A stretch of DNA of 64,000 nt, taken from positions 30,167 through 94,166 of the forward strand of contig URJY01000003.1 of NCBI GenBank assembly GCA_900548275.1, written 5' to 3'. Shown here in pieces: positions 38,354 to 47,095 of this stretch (position 1 is its first letter; each line of letters begins with the position of its first letter). The position numbers and the translations under genes are program-made. The DNA comes from an uncultured Opitutales bacterium (GTDB lineage: Bacteria > Verrucomicrobiota > Verrucomicrobiia > Opitutales > Intestinicryptomonadaceae). The notes beneath the pieces are model-generated. The model did no database searches and had not been told where the DNA came from. It saw only the letters and a program-made list of their open reading frames with translations.

Positions 38354-39490
38354 ATGGCAGATCAAGAAGCGATATATGAAATAATAGCCGATCACATTCT
38401 TAATGAGTCGGAAGATGAGCATTTGGACTTCAAATTAAAATGGCATTCCGATTTTCCGCCACTATTAAAAGACATAATAGCAATGGCAAATTCGTCGGAT
38501 GATAAAAATTCGTATATTGTATTTGGTGTTTCTGACGATTTTAATATAGTCGGACTAACAGCCGAAGACCAGAGATACAAGAAAGCTGATATCGCCGTGG
38601 CGATTCGCGATAGTCATTTTGCGGGGAATGGCGTTCCTGAAATCGATTTGCATTCTGTTTACATTGACGGGAAACAACTTGATGTATTGGAAATAAAAAA
38701 GAGCAATAACGTCCCATACTACATTGCAACGCCGAAAAAAACAATATCGCCGTTTGTCATTTATACACGGGCAAATGACACAAACCGAGAAGCTACTTTT
38801 GAGGAGTCTGAACGACTCTGGAAAAAGAGATTTAACCTCTTGTTGCCCGAAAAAGAACTGTTTAATAGGCGCATTACTGAACCTGATAATTGGGAAAAAT
38901 ATAAAGACGAATATTTCTATACCTATGACGCATCTTATAGGTTGAAAATAGGTAATGAAACAGAAGAAGGAACTGCTCCATTTTACGCATATATAATAGA
39001 TGATTGGGGTCGCTTTTCATCAAACAACGCTGTGCTTAGTCATAACGGGAATGAAATAGCTTCCTTTCAAATAGCCTATCTTGACGGGTTCAGATTGGAG
39101 CTCGTCGTTCCCGAACATTTCTCTATAAAAATTGAAGATAACGGTAAACCAATTTACATCATCTACCGTGGATATATAAGGGATAGCCTGCGGATGAACT
39201 TGGCAAATTTTCTTTATTTAAAAGGTCTTGTCGAAAGTGATATAGAATACAGAGTGCACTTCGAAAGACTAAGAGATTCGTTTGTTATTCACGAATCAAT
39301 GGAAGAGAAAGAGATTTTTGAATCATATATAAGAACAAATTATGCTAAAATAAAACAAGAATTGTCGAAATATAATCCAATCATTTATTCGGAAATTCCC
39401 GAGGAAAGCAAAAAAAATATAAAATGGGGAATGTTCCTGCATGAATTGCATTCTAAAAAAGATGTTTGGTATCCAGAACCACCTAAATAA
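38354..39490 (+). CDS. Schlafen/AlbA_2-domain protein (divergent-AAA DNA-binding-like)
   Basis: 378 aa; N-terminus EDEHLDFKLKWHSDF...LLKDIIAMANSSDDKNSYIVFGVSD matches the AlbA_2 pattern. Starts 6 nt after the stop of the large fusion gene. Confidence 0.55.
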   Translation: MADQEAIYEIIADHILNESEDEHLDFKLKWHSDFPPLLKDIIAMANSSDDKNSYIVFGVSDDFNIVGLTAEDQRYKKADIAVAIRDSHFAGNGVPEIDLHSVYIDGKQLDVLEIKKSNNVPYYIATPKKTISPFVIYTRANDTNREATFEESERLWKKRFNLLLPEKELFNRRITEPDNWEKYKDEYFYTYDASYRLKIGNETEEGTAPFYAYIIDDWGRFSSNNAVLSHNGNEIASFQIAYLDGFRLELVVPEHFSIKIEDNGKPIYIIYRGYIRDSLRMNLANFLYLKGLVESDIEYRVHFERLRDSFVIHESMEEKEIFESYIRTNYAKIKQELSKYNPIIYSEIPEESKKNIKWGMFLHELHSKKDVWYPEPPK

Positions 39491-39902
39491 AATCTATATT
39501 TTAGAACTCTTGTAAAAATAGAGCTATATCGTTGTGAAGATTGCATCTGCGCTGATTGAAATTTTTGAATCGGCAAATTAATAGATTCGTCTTTGGGGTT
39601 ATTGCGGTCTTTCCGCCGCCATGGATTGGGCGAAGTAGGCTCGGTTTGGCGCGAATTTTGCCGAAAATTGCCGTTTCCTCTTCTTGTGTTGGAACTTCCT
39701 TGTCATCAGAGAAATAAGCTTGGTTGCCGTTTGGTTGCACTTTTGGCGAAAATCGGGCTTTTCGGTGGCGCATTTATCAATAACTTACGTCGCCGAAATC
39801 GCCCGCGAAGCTTGGTAAATACTGGGATTGTGTCTCTAAAAGCTGAAAAAGTGCATTTTTCGGCAACCAAGTCGGCGAGCTAATGTGAACTTACGAAAAA
39901 CA

Positions 39903-39934
39903 AAAAGCCGTAAGTTGTTGAACTTACGGCTTTT
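39903..39934. terminator. Bidirectional terminator hairpin (aaaagccgtaagtt-gttg-aacttacggctttt)
   Basis: 14-bp perfect stem flanked by A-run and T-run. Confidence 0.7.
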
Positions 39935-39935
39935 C

Positions 39936-40040
39936 AAATGGTGGGAGTGTGGCGAATTGGCTTTTCTTCGGCTTCGCCTCGAAAAGTCTGTTCTGACTCC
40001 CACAAAAAAACTTCCAAGCCAAAGACTTGGAAGTTTTTCT
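39936..40040 (-). repeat. Third copy (U3) of the 105-nt terminator + CCA-ending minihelix unit, directly downstream of the tRNA-Val 3' end
   Basis: About 95% identical to 11259..11466 units. Confidence 0.7.
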
Positions 40041-40043
40041 AAA

Positions 40044-40120
40044 TGGTGGGAGTAGCAGAACTCGAATCTGCGACCCCTTGCGTGTCATGCAAGTGCTCTA
40101 ACCAACTGAGCTATACCCCC
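40044..40120 (-). tRNA. tRNA-Val (anticodon GAC), CCA encoded
   Basis: Hand-folded cloverleaf: acceptor GGGGGTA/TACTCCC, D-arm GCTC/GAGC, anticodon stem CTTGC/GCAAG with loop ATGACAC, T-arm GCAGA-TTCGAGT-TCTGC, discriminator A, CCA. Confidence 0.9.
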
Positions 40121-40302
40121 GTTGAATTTATTAAAGCTCTTTATTAAAGGTGTGTTTTTCTTTTTGGCAAGTCTTTTTTTTCGTTTTTTTCTTCCCAGTG
40201 CTTTTTTGGGTTAATGGCTCTTACTGCGCTGTGGTTTTTCTGGCGTTTTATCCGTCTTATTATGCTTGAAAAAAAGCTTCGGCGGGATTTTATCATTATA
40301 CG

Positions 40303-40503
40303 ATGAAAATTACCGCCAACGCAAAAGTTTACGAATTGTCCGAAAATACTTCGGTTGCAGAGTTTATACGGTCTACGGGGGGTGAGCCGTCCCGCTGTGT
40401 GGTCGAGCTGAACGGCAGGGCTTTGCGTTTCGAGATGTTCAAGGATTTGATTCTCCGCGAGGGTGATGTCCTCGAGATTATGAATGTCGTCGCGGGAGGT
40501 TGA
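40303..40503 (+). CDS. ThiS/MoaD-family sulfur-carrier protein
   Basis: 66 aa ending in Gly-Gly (VVAGG), beta-grasp-like length and pattern. Confidence 0.65.
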   Translation: MKITANAKVYELSENTSVAEFIRSTGGEPSRCVVELNGRALRFEMFKDLILREGDVLEIMNVVAGG

Positions 40504-40504
40504 T

Positions 40505-41857
40505 ATGCTTTACACCGATTTGAATTCCGAAATCGATGTCGGCTCGAGCGGGCATTTGCTCGAGTTGGGCGGTTTCAAAATCTTGGTCGATTGCGGGCTG
40601 CACCCCAAATATATGGGGCTTGCCGCTTTGCCGAAGCTTTCCAAAATTACTCCCGAGACCCTCGATTTTATCGCGATAACGCACACGCATCTCGACCACT
40701 GCGGCGCGCTTCCCGTGGTTATGCGCACGCAGAATCACGCGCACATTCTCGTCGCCGACGAGAGTGCCGATTTGCTTCCGCGCATGCTTCGCAATTCGCG
40801 TTCGGTTATGGCCAAGCAGCGCGAGGAGTTCGACATTAAAGAGTATCCGCTTTTCGATTCGTCCGAAATCGACGAGGTTCGCCGCCGCCTTATGCCGATG
40901 GCGTTCCATCACGAGAAGTGTTTCGAAATCGACGGCGGTCGGATAGGCATAACTTTCACTCCCGCGGGGCACATCCCGGGGGCGGCGTCGGTTATGTTCG
41001 AGTATAAAAAGCAGCGCGTTTTGTTCTCGGGCGACATCTCGTTTCATTCAACGGGCATACTGAAGGGTGCCGTTCCGCCGGAGGGCAAGGTTGACACGCT
41101 TGTCGTAGAGACCACGCGCGGTTCGTATTCGCGCCCCGCGGGGGTTACGTACGATTCCGAGGTCGACAGGCTCGTTTCGTCGATGGCGAACGTTTTGATG
41201 GGCGGCGGCAGCGTACTGATTCCCGCCTTTGCGCTCGGTAGAATGCAGGAGATTATTTTCATAATCCAACGGGCGAAGCAGCGCAAACAGATTCCCGACG
41301 TGCCCGTTTTTGCCGGCGGACTCGGGCTTGACATCGCCGAGTATTTTATAAAGGGTGCGAAGAGGTCGTCCACGTTTTCGTTCGGCAAGCAGCATATGGA
41401 TGGGGTAAAGCCGCTCCGCGCCGAGATTGTTGCGGGGAAGGATTTCGAGACGCAGGGAATTTACGTTTTGGGCAGCGGGATGATGGTGGAGCACACGCCG
41501 AGCTATCTTGCCGCCGCCGCGATGATGGACAACCGCGCCAACGCAATTTTCTTCGTGGGGTATGCCGACGACGACACGCCCGCAAAGCGGCTTCAGCGCG
41601 CGGCGTACGGCGACCAGTTTGCTTTCCCCGACCTGTTCTTCGTCGGAACGGTGAACTGCCGCGTCGACAAGTTCGACCTTACTTCGCACGCCGACCGCGA
41701 GGAGATTTTGGAGTTCATTATGCGCAAGGATCCGCGCTGCGTTGTACTCACGCATGGCAGTATGGAGTCGCGCGAGTGGTTTATGGACGAGATTATCGAC
41801 CGCTCGCCGAAGACCGCCGTAATCATCCCCGAACCGTCCGAATCCGTCGAGCTTTAG
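40505..41857 (+). CDS. MBL-fold metallo-hydrolase with beta-CASP-like C-terminal region (RNase J/CPSF-type nuclease family)
   Basis: Start at ATG 40505, 1 nt after the thiS-like stop. HTHLDHCG (HxHxDH) motif. About 450 aa, consistent with a beta-CASP enzyme. Confidence 0.75.
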   Translation: MLYTDLNSEIDVGSSGHLLELGGFKILVDCGLHPKYMGLAALPKLSKITPETLDFIAITHTHLDHCGALPVVMRTQNHAHILVADESADLLPRMLRNSRSVMAKQREEFDIKEYPLFDSSEIDEVRRRLMPMAFHHEKCFEIDGGRIGITFTPAGHIPGAASVMFEYKKQRVLFSGDISFHSTGILKGAVPPEGKVDTLVVETTRGSYSRPAGVTYDSEVDRLVSSMANVLMGGGSVLIPAFALGRMQEIIFIIQRAKQRKQIPDVPVFAGGLGLDIAEYFIKGAKRSSTFSFGKQHMDGVKPLRAEIVAGKDFETQGIYVLGSGMMVEHTPSYLAAAAMMDNRANAIFFVGYADDDTPAKRLQRAAYGDQFAFPDLFFVGTVNCRVDKFDLTSHADREEILEFIMRKDPRCVVLTHGSMESREWFMDEIIDRSPKTAVIIPEPSESVEL

Positions 41858-41943
41858 CGGGGTGGGGCGTTTTTTTGCAAAAAAACAGCGAATCTTCTTG
41901 ACGAATTTCCGAAAAATGTAAGTATACAGGACTTTAATTTTAC

Positions 41944-42017
41944 GCGGGCATAGTTTAGTGGTAAAACCCCAGTCTTCCAAACTGGTGATGTCGGTCCGAT
42001 TCCGTCTGCCCGCACCA
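41944..42017 (+). tRNA. tRNA-Gly (anticodon TCC), CCA encoded
   Basis: Acceptor GCGGGCA/TGCCCGC, D-arm GTTT/AAAC, anticodon stem CCAGT/ACTGG with loop CTTCCAA. T-arm has one U-U mismatch in my hand fold. Confidence 0.75.
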
Positions 42018-42048
42018 TTTATTCGTTCATCTAAAGTCAGGATTTATC

Positions 42049-42927
42049 GTGAGTACTCCTCTTTTAATGTTAGGTCTGCCCAAGGGCAGCTTGGAAGAAT
42101 CGACAATCGCGCTTTTCGGCAAGGCGGGTTGGAAAATCACAAAGAGCTCGCGCTCCTACAAGCCCTCTATCGACGACCCCGAACTCGACGGACGCTTTGT
42201 CCGCGCTCAGGAAATCAGCCGCTACGTGGAACAGGGCTTCTTCGACTGCGGGCTTACGGGCTACGACTGGATTCTCGAAAACAACAGCGATGTCGTGGAA
42301 GTCTGCGACCTCATTTACAGCAAGGCTACAGCCCTCAAATCGCGCTGGGTTCTGTGCGTCAAGGAAGACTCGCCCGTCAAGAGCGTGAAAGACTTGGAAG
42401 GCAAGCGCATCGCAACGGAACTTCTGAACGTCACCAAGAAGTACCTCGCCGACAACGGCGTTAACGCGGAAGTCGAATTTTCGTGGGGCGCGACGGAAGT
42501 CAAAGTTCCCGACTTGGTCGACGCAATCGCCGACATCACCGAAACGGGCTCGTCGCTGCGCGCAAACAACCTGCGCATCGTAGACACAATGCTTTACACT
42601 AACACGAAGCTTATCGCAAACAAGGCGGCTTGGGAAAATCCCGAAAAACGCGCAAAGATTGAGTCAATCGCAATGCTCCTGCAGTCGGCTCTCGACGCGG
42701 CGAACAAGGTCGGCTTGAAGATGAACCTGCCCAAGGCAAACTTGAGCAAGATTATCTCGGCTCTGCCCGCACTCCGCAAGCCCACCGTTTCGCAGCTCTC
42801 CGACCCCGCGTGGGTCGCGGTTGAAACGATTGTCGAGGAAAAGACGGTTCGCGAAATCGTCCCGACCCTCAAGGCAAACGGTGCGGAAGGCATCGTGGAA
42901 TACCCGCTCAACAAGGTTATCGCATAG
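42049..42927 (+). CDS. hisG: ATP phosphoribosyltransferase, long form
   Basis: 292 aa; N-terminal [10 protein letters not shown] and overall HisG-long architecture. Confidence 0.85.
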   Translation: MSTPLLMLGLPKGSLEESTIALFGKAGWKITKSSRSYKPSIDDPELDGRFVRAQEISRYVEQGFFDCGLTGYDWILENNSDVVEVCDLIYSKATALKSRWVLCVKEDSPVKSVKDLEGKRIATELLNVTKKYLADNGVNAEVEFSWGATEVKVPDLVDAIADITETGSSLRANNLRIVDTMLYTNTKLIANKAAWENPEKRAKIESIAMLLQSALDAANKVGLKMNLPKANLSKIISALPALRKPTVSQLSDPAWVAVETIVEEKTVREIVPTLKANGAEGIVEYPLNKVIA

Positions 42928-42972
42928 TTTTTTGTTGCAAAACAAATAACAGTTCGGCATATTTATACTACT

Positions 42973-43380
42973 ATGAAAAAAATATTGTCCTTGGCTCTTT
43001 CAGCTGTCGCACTTTTCATCTGCGCTTGCACGACAAATGTCGTAGTCGATTCCGCCGCCCACCCGATGGGCTCATACGACGGAATGACGGGCACATTCAA
43101 AGGCAAGCTTTCGGGCGACATCAACACTGCGTTTAAGGCGACCAATATCGCACTCGAACGCGATATGAAGCTCTTCCGCGTAGGGCAGAAGCCGAAAGAC
43201 AACGCTTGGTACGTATACGCACGCGCCGAACTCGACATTCAGGTTGTGGTTTTCCTCAAGCAACTGCCCAACGACGAAATCGAAGTTAAAATCGAATACG
43301 GCGACGGCAACTTGATGAAGAGCCAACAAATCTTCAACGCAATAGCCAAGAACGTAAGAGCGTTCGAACGCTCCAGATAA
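42973..43380 (+). CDS. Small lipoprotein (hypothetical)
   Basis: 135 aa; signal peptide with lipobox-like LFICAC. Confidence 0.55.
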   Translation: MKKILSLALSAVALFICACTTNVVVDSAAHPMGSYDGMTGTFKGKLSGDINTAFKATNIALERDMKLFRVGQKPKDNAWYVYARAELDIQVVVFLKQLPNDEIEVKIEYGDGNLMKSQQIFNAIAKNVRAFERSR

Positions 43381-43418
43381 CGGAGCAAAGCTATAAGATA
43401 TACAAAACTTGATATTTT

Positions 43419-43446
43419 GGCGCGACAACAGTCGCGCCTTTTTTTG
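43419..43446 (+). terminator. Rho-independent terminator (ggcgcgac-aaca-gtcgcgcc + T7) after the lipoprotein gene
   Basis: 8-bp GC stem followed by ttttttt. Confidence 0.75.
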
Positions 43447-44060
43447 TGCACTATTTGCCGCCAATTTCGGTGTTTCGGAAGAAGTCAAAATAAGTTCGAA
43501 AAAACAAAGCGATTACGAAGCAACGCGAGCCTAAAAACAAAAAGTGGTAATTATAGTCGCTGCGAAGCATAACTAAAATTGACAAATGAAAACAAGAGAA
43601 ACAGAGGTGTTTCAGAGGTTTCGGAGCAACCGAAATAAGTTCCGAAAAAACAAAGCGATTGCGAAGCAACGCGAGCCTGCAGGCTGGAGCCTGCACGCCA
43701 TTGCGGGGGCGTTGCCCCCGAGTGGGCATTTTGCTTCGCAAAATAACCGCCCACATTCCCCCTCCGAACTTCATTTGCTTCATCGAACAAGTACAGTTAG
43801 TTGGTTTCGGCAACCAACAAAATAAGTTCAAATCAACAAAGCGATTGAGCGGCGAAACGCCGCTCAATGCGAACTTATACAGAAAAGGCGCGACTATAGT
43901 CGCGCCAAAGCATCACTAAAATATGAGAGAGAAAACAAGAGAAACAGAGGTGTTTCAGAGGTTTCGGAGTAAACAAAATAAGTTCGAAAAAACAAAGCGA
44001 TTGCGAAGCAACGCGAACTTATAAACAAAAAGGCGCGACTATAGTCGCGCCGAAGCATCA
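43447..44060 (-). repeat. Array of structured repeats: tandem 'unit B' copies (terminator hairpin ggcgcgactatagtcgcgcc + ataagttcg...cgaacttat hairpin), with element A copy 2 (43679..43793) nested inside
   Basis: ggcgcgactatagtcgcgcc palindrome at 43887..43906 and 44032..44051 (and 1639..1658). Shared gaaacagaggtgtttcagaggtttcgg and aaataagttcg...gcgattgcgaagcaacgcgaacttata blocks. Inner stem length varies between copies while base-pairing is preserved. Confidence 0.6.
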
Positions 44061-44073
44061 CAGATATAAAAAA

Positions 44074-44158
44074 TGCTCGGGAGGAGATTTGAACTCCTAC
44101 GTCCTTTCGGACACCGGCGCCTAAAGCCGATGCGTCTACCTATTTCGCCACCCGAGCG
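44074..44158 (-). tRNA. tRNA-Leu (anticodon TAG), long variable arm, no encoded CCA
   Basis: Acceptor GCTCGGG/CCCGAGC, D-arm GCG/CGC, anticodon stem TCGGC/GCCGG with loop TTTAGGC, long variable arm TGTCCGAAAGGACGT, T-arm AGGAG-TTCAAAT-CTCCT. Followed on its strand by the hairpin at 44032..44051 plus T-run. Confidence 0.8.
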
Positions 44159-44169
44159 GTTAAATAAAG

Positions 44170-44949
44170 TTAGCAGTCTACGTCAATGGGCATATGCTGG
44201 GCACTGCAACCCGCATCGACAACAATACGCTCACCGGCAATGTTCTTGGAGGCATCGGAAGCGAGGAACGCAACAGCCTGCGCAATGTCGTCGGCAGTGG
44301 CTTCCTTGCCAATGGGAGTGTTCAGACGGCGACGCTTCATAACGGCTTCGTCAAGCTTGTCCCAACGGTCGGTGTAAATGTAGCCGGGGGCAACCTCATT
44401 TACGCGAATGCCCTTGGGCCCGAGATCGACAGCCATCGAACGCGTGAGGGCGTCAATACCGCCCTTGCTTGAGACATACGCCGTGCGGTTGCGTATCGCA
44501 CGCATCGAAACATTCGACCCGAGATTTACAATAACGCCGCGCGAGGGCTGCTTGAGCATCATCCTGACCGCCTGCTGAGAGACTTGGAACGTGCCGAGCA
44601 TATTGGTCTTGAGAACAGTGAGGAAGTAGTCGGGATCCATATCCTCAAAAGCGGGACCGATACCCTGATTGCAGGCATTGTTTACGAGAATGTCAATGCG
44701 ACCGAACTTTTCGGCAATGACCGCAAACATATGCTTTACCTGCTCGAGATTCGAGATGTCGCAGGGGATTTCGACAAAGCCGTCAAGCCCCATATCGCGG
44801 AGGAACTTGCCGCCCTGCGCCGTGCTTTTTTCGGTCGAGCCGCAGATGCAAACCTTTGCGCCTTCCCTGATAAAGAGCGCGGCAATGCCGACACCCGTGT
44901 TTCTGCTCGCACCGGTTACGAGCACAACTTTATTTTCAAAACGTTTCAT
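44170..44949 (-). CDS. SDR-family oxidoreductase
   Basis: 259 aa; VVLVTGASRNTGVGIA glycine-rich motif, NNAC, YVSSKGG active site. Confidence 0.85.
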   Translation of the reverse strand: MKRFENKVVLVTGASRNTGVGIAALFIREGAKVCICGSTEKSTAQGGKFLRDMGLDGFVEIPCDISNLEQVKHMFAVIAEKFGRIDILVNNACNQGIGPAFEDMDPDYFLTVLKTNMLGTFQVSQQAVRMMLKQPSRGVIVNLGSNVSMRAIRNRTAYVSSKGGIDALTRSMAVDLGPKGIRVNEVAPGYIYTDRWDKLDEAVMKRRRLNTPIGKEATADDIAQAVAFLASDASKNIAGERIVVDAGCSAQHMPIDVDC

Positions 44950-45048
44950 AATGTGTGTAGGTTTTTGTAAAAATTGCGGATAAAGGTATATTTTGCTTCC
45001 GATTCTGCAAGCAATAATCGCACACGGGACGAATATTTTCGCGCGAAG

Positions 45049-45684
45049 CTACGGCGCAAGCCTCGAGATTTCCCACCCGCCGTCCTTGGGGGAATAGGCG
45101 AAACGGTCGTGAAGCCGATTTTCGCGCCCCTGCCAAAACTCGAAATAGTTCGGGACAATCCTGAACCCGCCCCAGAAGTCGGGCAGGGGGATTTTCCCGT
45201 CGGCGAACTTGCGCTTCATCTTGTCGAACTGCATTTCGAGAAGCGAACGCGACGTTATGATGCTGCTCTGGTGCGACACCCACGCACCGAGCCTGCTGCC
45301 GAACGGACGCGAAAGAAAATAGCGGAGCGATTCGGCAGTCGAGACCTTTTCCGCCGTGCCGTTTATGCGCAGCTGACGCTCGAGGTCGAGCCATACAAAG
45401 AGCGCGGAAACCTTGTTGTTGCCCTCGATGTCGTGCGCCTTTTGACTGTGGTAGTTGGTGTAGAAAACGAAGCCGTTTTCGTCCCACGACTTCAGAAGCA
45501 CGACGCGCGAAGTGGGCGCACCGTCGGGCGATACGGTCGAAACGACCATCGCATTCGGCTCTTTGACCTTGCATTCGACGGCGTGGTCGAACCACTTTTC
45601 GAACTGTTTGAACGGGTTGTCGTCGAGGTCGGAACGCTCAAGCCCGCCCTTGAGATATTCGTTTCTGAATTGAAAAATGTCCAT
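45049..45684 (-). CDS. pdxH: Pyridoxamine 5'-phosphate oxidase
   Basis: 211 aa; PNP oxidase fold pattern (RVVLLKSWDENGFVFYTNYHSQK..., C-terminal EFWQGRENRLHDR). Confidence 0.85.
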   Translation of the reverse strand: MDIFQFRNEYLKGGLERSDLDDNPFKQFEKWFDHAVECKVKEPNAMVVSTVSPDGAPTSRVVLLKSWDENGFVFYTNYHSQKAHDIEGNNKVSALFVWLDLERQLRINGTAEKVSTAESLRYFLSRPFGSRLGAWVSHQSSIITSRSLLEMQFDKMKRKFADGKIPLPDFWGGFRIVPNYFEFWQGRENRLHDRFAYSPKDGGWEISRLAP

Positions 45685-47085
45685 TTACGATAGAATTTGT
45701 TTGAGGTTTTTCGAGCCGTTTTCGGAGTCGGAAAATTTGGCATAGGCGTTGAGCACCGTGCATACGGAATCCTCGCGCGAACAGATGTGCCGCACGATGT
45801 CGTCGTCGCCGTCGTTCGTGCTGAGTTTCGCAAAGAACGCGGCGACACTGACGCTTTCGGGGTCGATGACGGGCTTGAAATAGGTGTTGTCGCCGCCGTC
45901 GTCGAATTTCACGGCACAGACAAAATCCTTTTCGACAAGCCACTCGACACTGGCAAGCACCGCAGACTTCGGCATTTTGAGGGCGGACAGCAGATGTTCG
46001 ATTGTCGGCGCGTGCGGCTTGTCGGCGTAAAAATCCTTCTCGATTTCGGCGAAAGCGGCGAGGGCACAGAGCTTGCGGGCGCGGTCGCCCATCTTGTTCC
46101 ACGCGTCGTCGTCGGAGAGGAAATCGACGTACTGGACTGAATAGGTTATCAGACAGCCGATTAGAATCATCGTCCAGAAAATGTAGAGGCTGAACATCGC
46201 CACGGCTACAATCGCCAAGTACCCGTAGAAATTCTGCTGCTTCGCAATGTAGCTTATATAGAGGAACGACCCCTTGTTGTTGAGCAGAAGCAGCCCCACC
46301 GTCACCAACGCGCCGACGAACGCGGGCTTCCACGCAACGCGCGTCGGCGGAATGAATTTGTAGAACGCGGCAAGCACGCACGCGATAATCGCAAGCCCGA
46401 GCGCATAGGTTATTGTCGATGCGATTCCGCCCATATATTGGGCAACAAACGGGATGTCGCCCAAAAATTTCGGCATCTGCGAAGTCGTGAAAAAGGTCAT
46501 CGCGAAAATCATTCCGACCGATCCGAAAAATATCATCGAGAAATAGAAAACGATGCGGTTTATCCAATTTCGCCCCTTTTTGATTCCCCAAATGAAATTG
46601 AATGCGTTCTCCATATTCACGCAAAGCAGAAGACAGGTGCCGAGCATTGCGAAAAGCCCGATTGTGCCCGCCTTTGCGCCCGCGTTGGAAATGTTGTCGA
46701 TGAACGCGACAATCTCGGGGTTGATTCCCGCCGACTGCCCGTCCGCGCCGTTCTGGATTTGGTTGAAGGCGGGCATGACAAACGTCGCAGCGTCCATTAT
46801 TTTTTCGTAGACCACCTGCTTGTTGCCGCGGAAGAACATACCCGCAAACATAAGCACGATTGCAAGAAGCGGCCCGATTGCAAGGAGCGTGGCATACGAA
46901 AGCGACGACGCCTGCACGAGCACGCGCTTGCCGAAAATTCCGCCGACCGTGTTTATGAACACGCGCAGAAAGGCGACCGCCTTGCCTTTGATTCCCATTG
47001 CGGCGATGTCGCGCTCCCAAATGGTCTTCGTCGCGAAACGTCTGATTCTTGCGAATAGTTCGAGTTTTTCCTGAGGTGTCTGCAT
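45685..47085 (-). CDS. YihY/BrkB-family inner-membrane protein with C-terminal soluble extension
   Basis: 466 aa; multi-TM N-terminal domain with YihY-like ASSLSYATLLAIGPLLAIV. Confidence 0.75.
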   Translation of the reverse strand: MQTPQEKLELFARIRRFATKTIWERDIAAMGIKGKAVAFLRVFINTVGGIFGKRVLVQASSLSYATLLAIGPLLAIVLMFAGMFFRGNKQVVYEKIMDAATFVMPAFNQIQNGADGQSAGINPEIVAFIDNISNAGAKAGTIGLFAMLGTCLLLCVNMENAFNFIWGIKKGRNWINRIVFYFSMIFFGSVGMIFAMTFFTTSQMPKFLGDIPFVAQYMGGIASTITYALGLAIIACVLAAFYKFIPPTRVAWKPAFVGALVTVGLLLLNNKGSFLYISYIAKQQNFYGYLAIVAVAMFSLYIFWTMILIGCLITYSVQYVDFLSDDDAWNKMGDRARKLCALAAFAEIEKDFYADKPHAPTIEHLLSALKMPKSAVLASVEWLVEKDFVCAVKFDDGGDNTYFKPVIDPESVSVAAFFAKLSTNDGDDDIVRHICSREDSVCTVLNAYAKFSDSENGSKNLKQILS

Positions 47086-47095
47086 CTTGTAATTT

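Larger units (their letters stand above)
11470..40120. mobile_element. About 28.6 kb integrated genomic island, a putative integrative mobilizable element, at tRNA-Val
   Basis: Flanked by the intact tRNA-Val and a 50-nt direct repeat of its 3' end. Lower and mosaic GC. Encodes a tyrosine integrase, a MobF relaxase, a coupling-type ATPase and dense defence/TA cargo. Confidence 0.7.

Noticed and set aside
45638-47020. 460-aa Arg-rich ORF co-linear with the YihY-family gene
   Set aside because: Alternate frame, R/G-rich. The 45685..47085 frame gives a coherent multi-TM protein.
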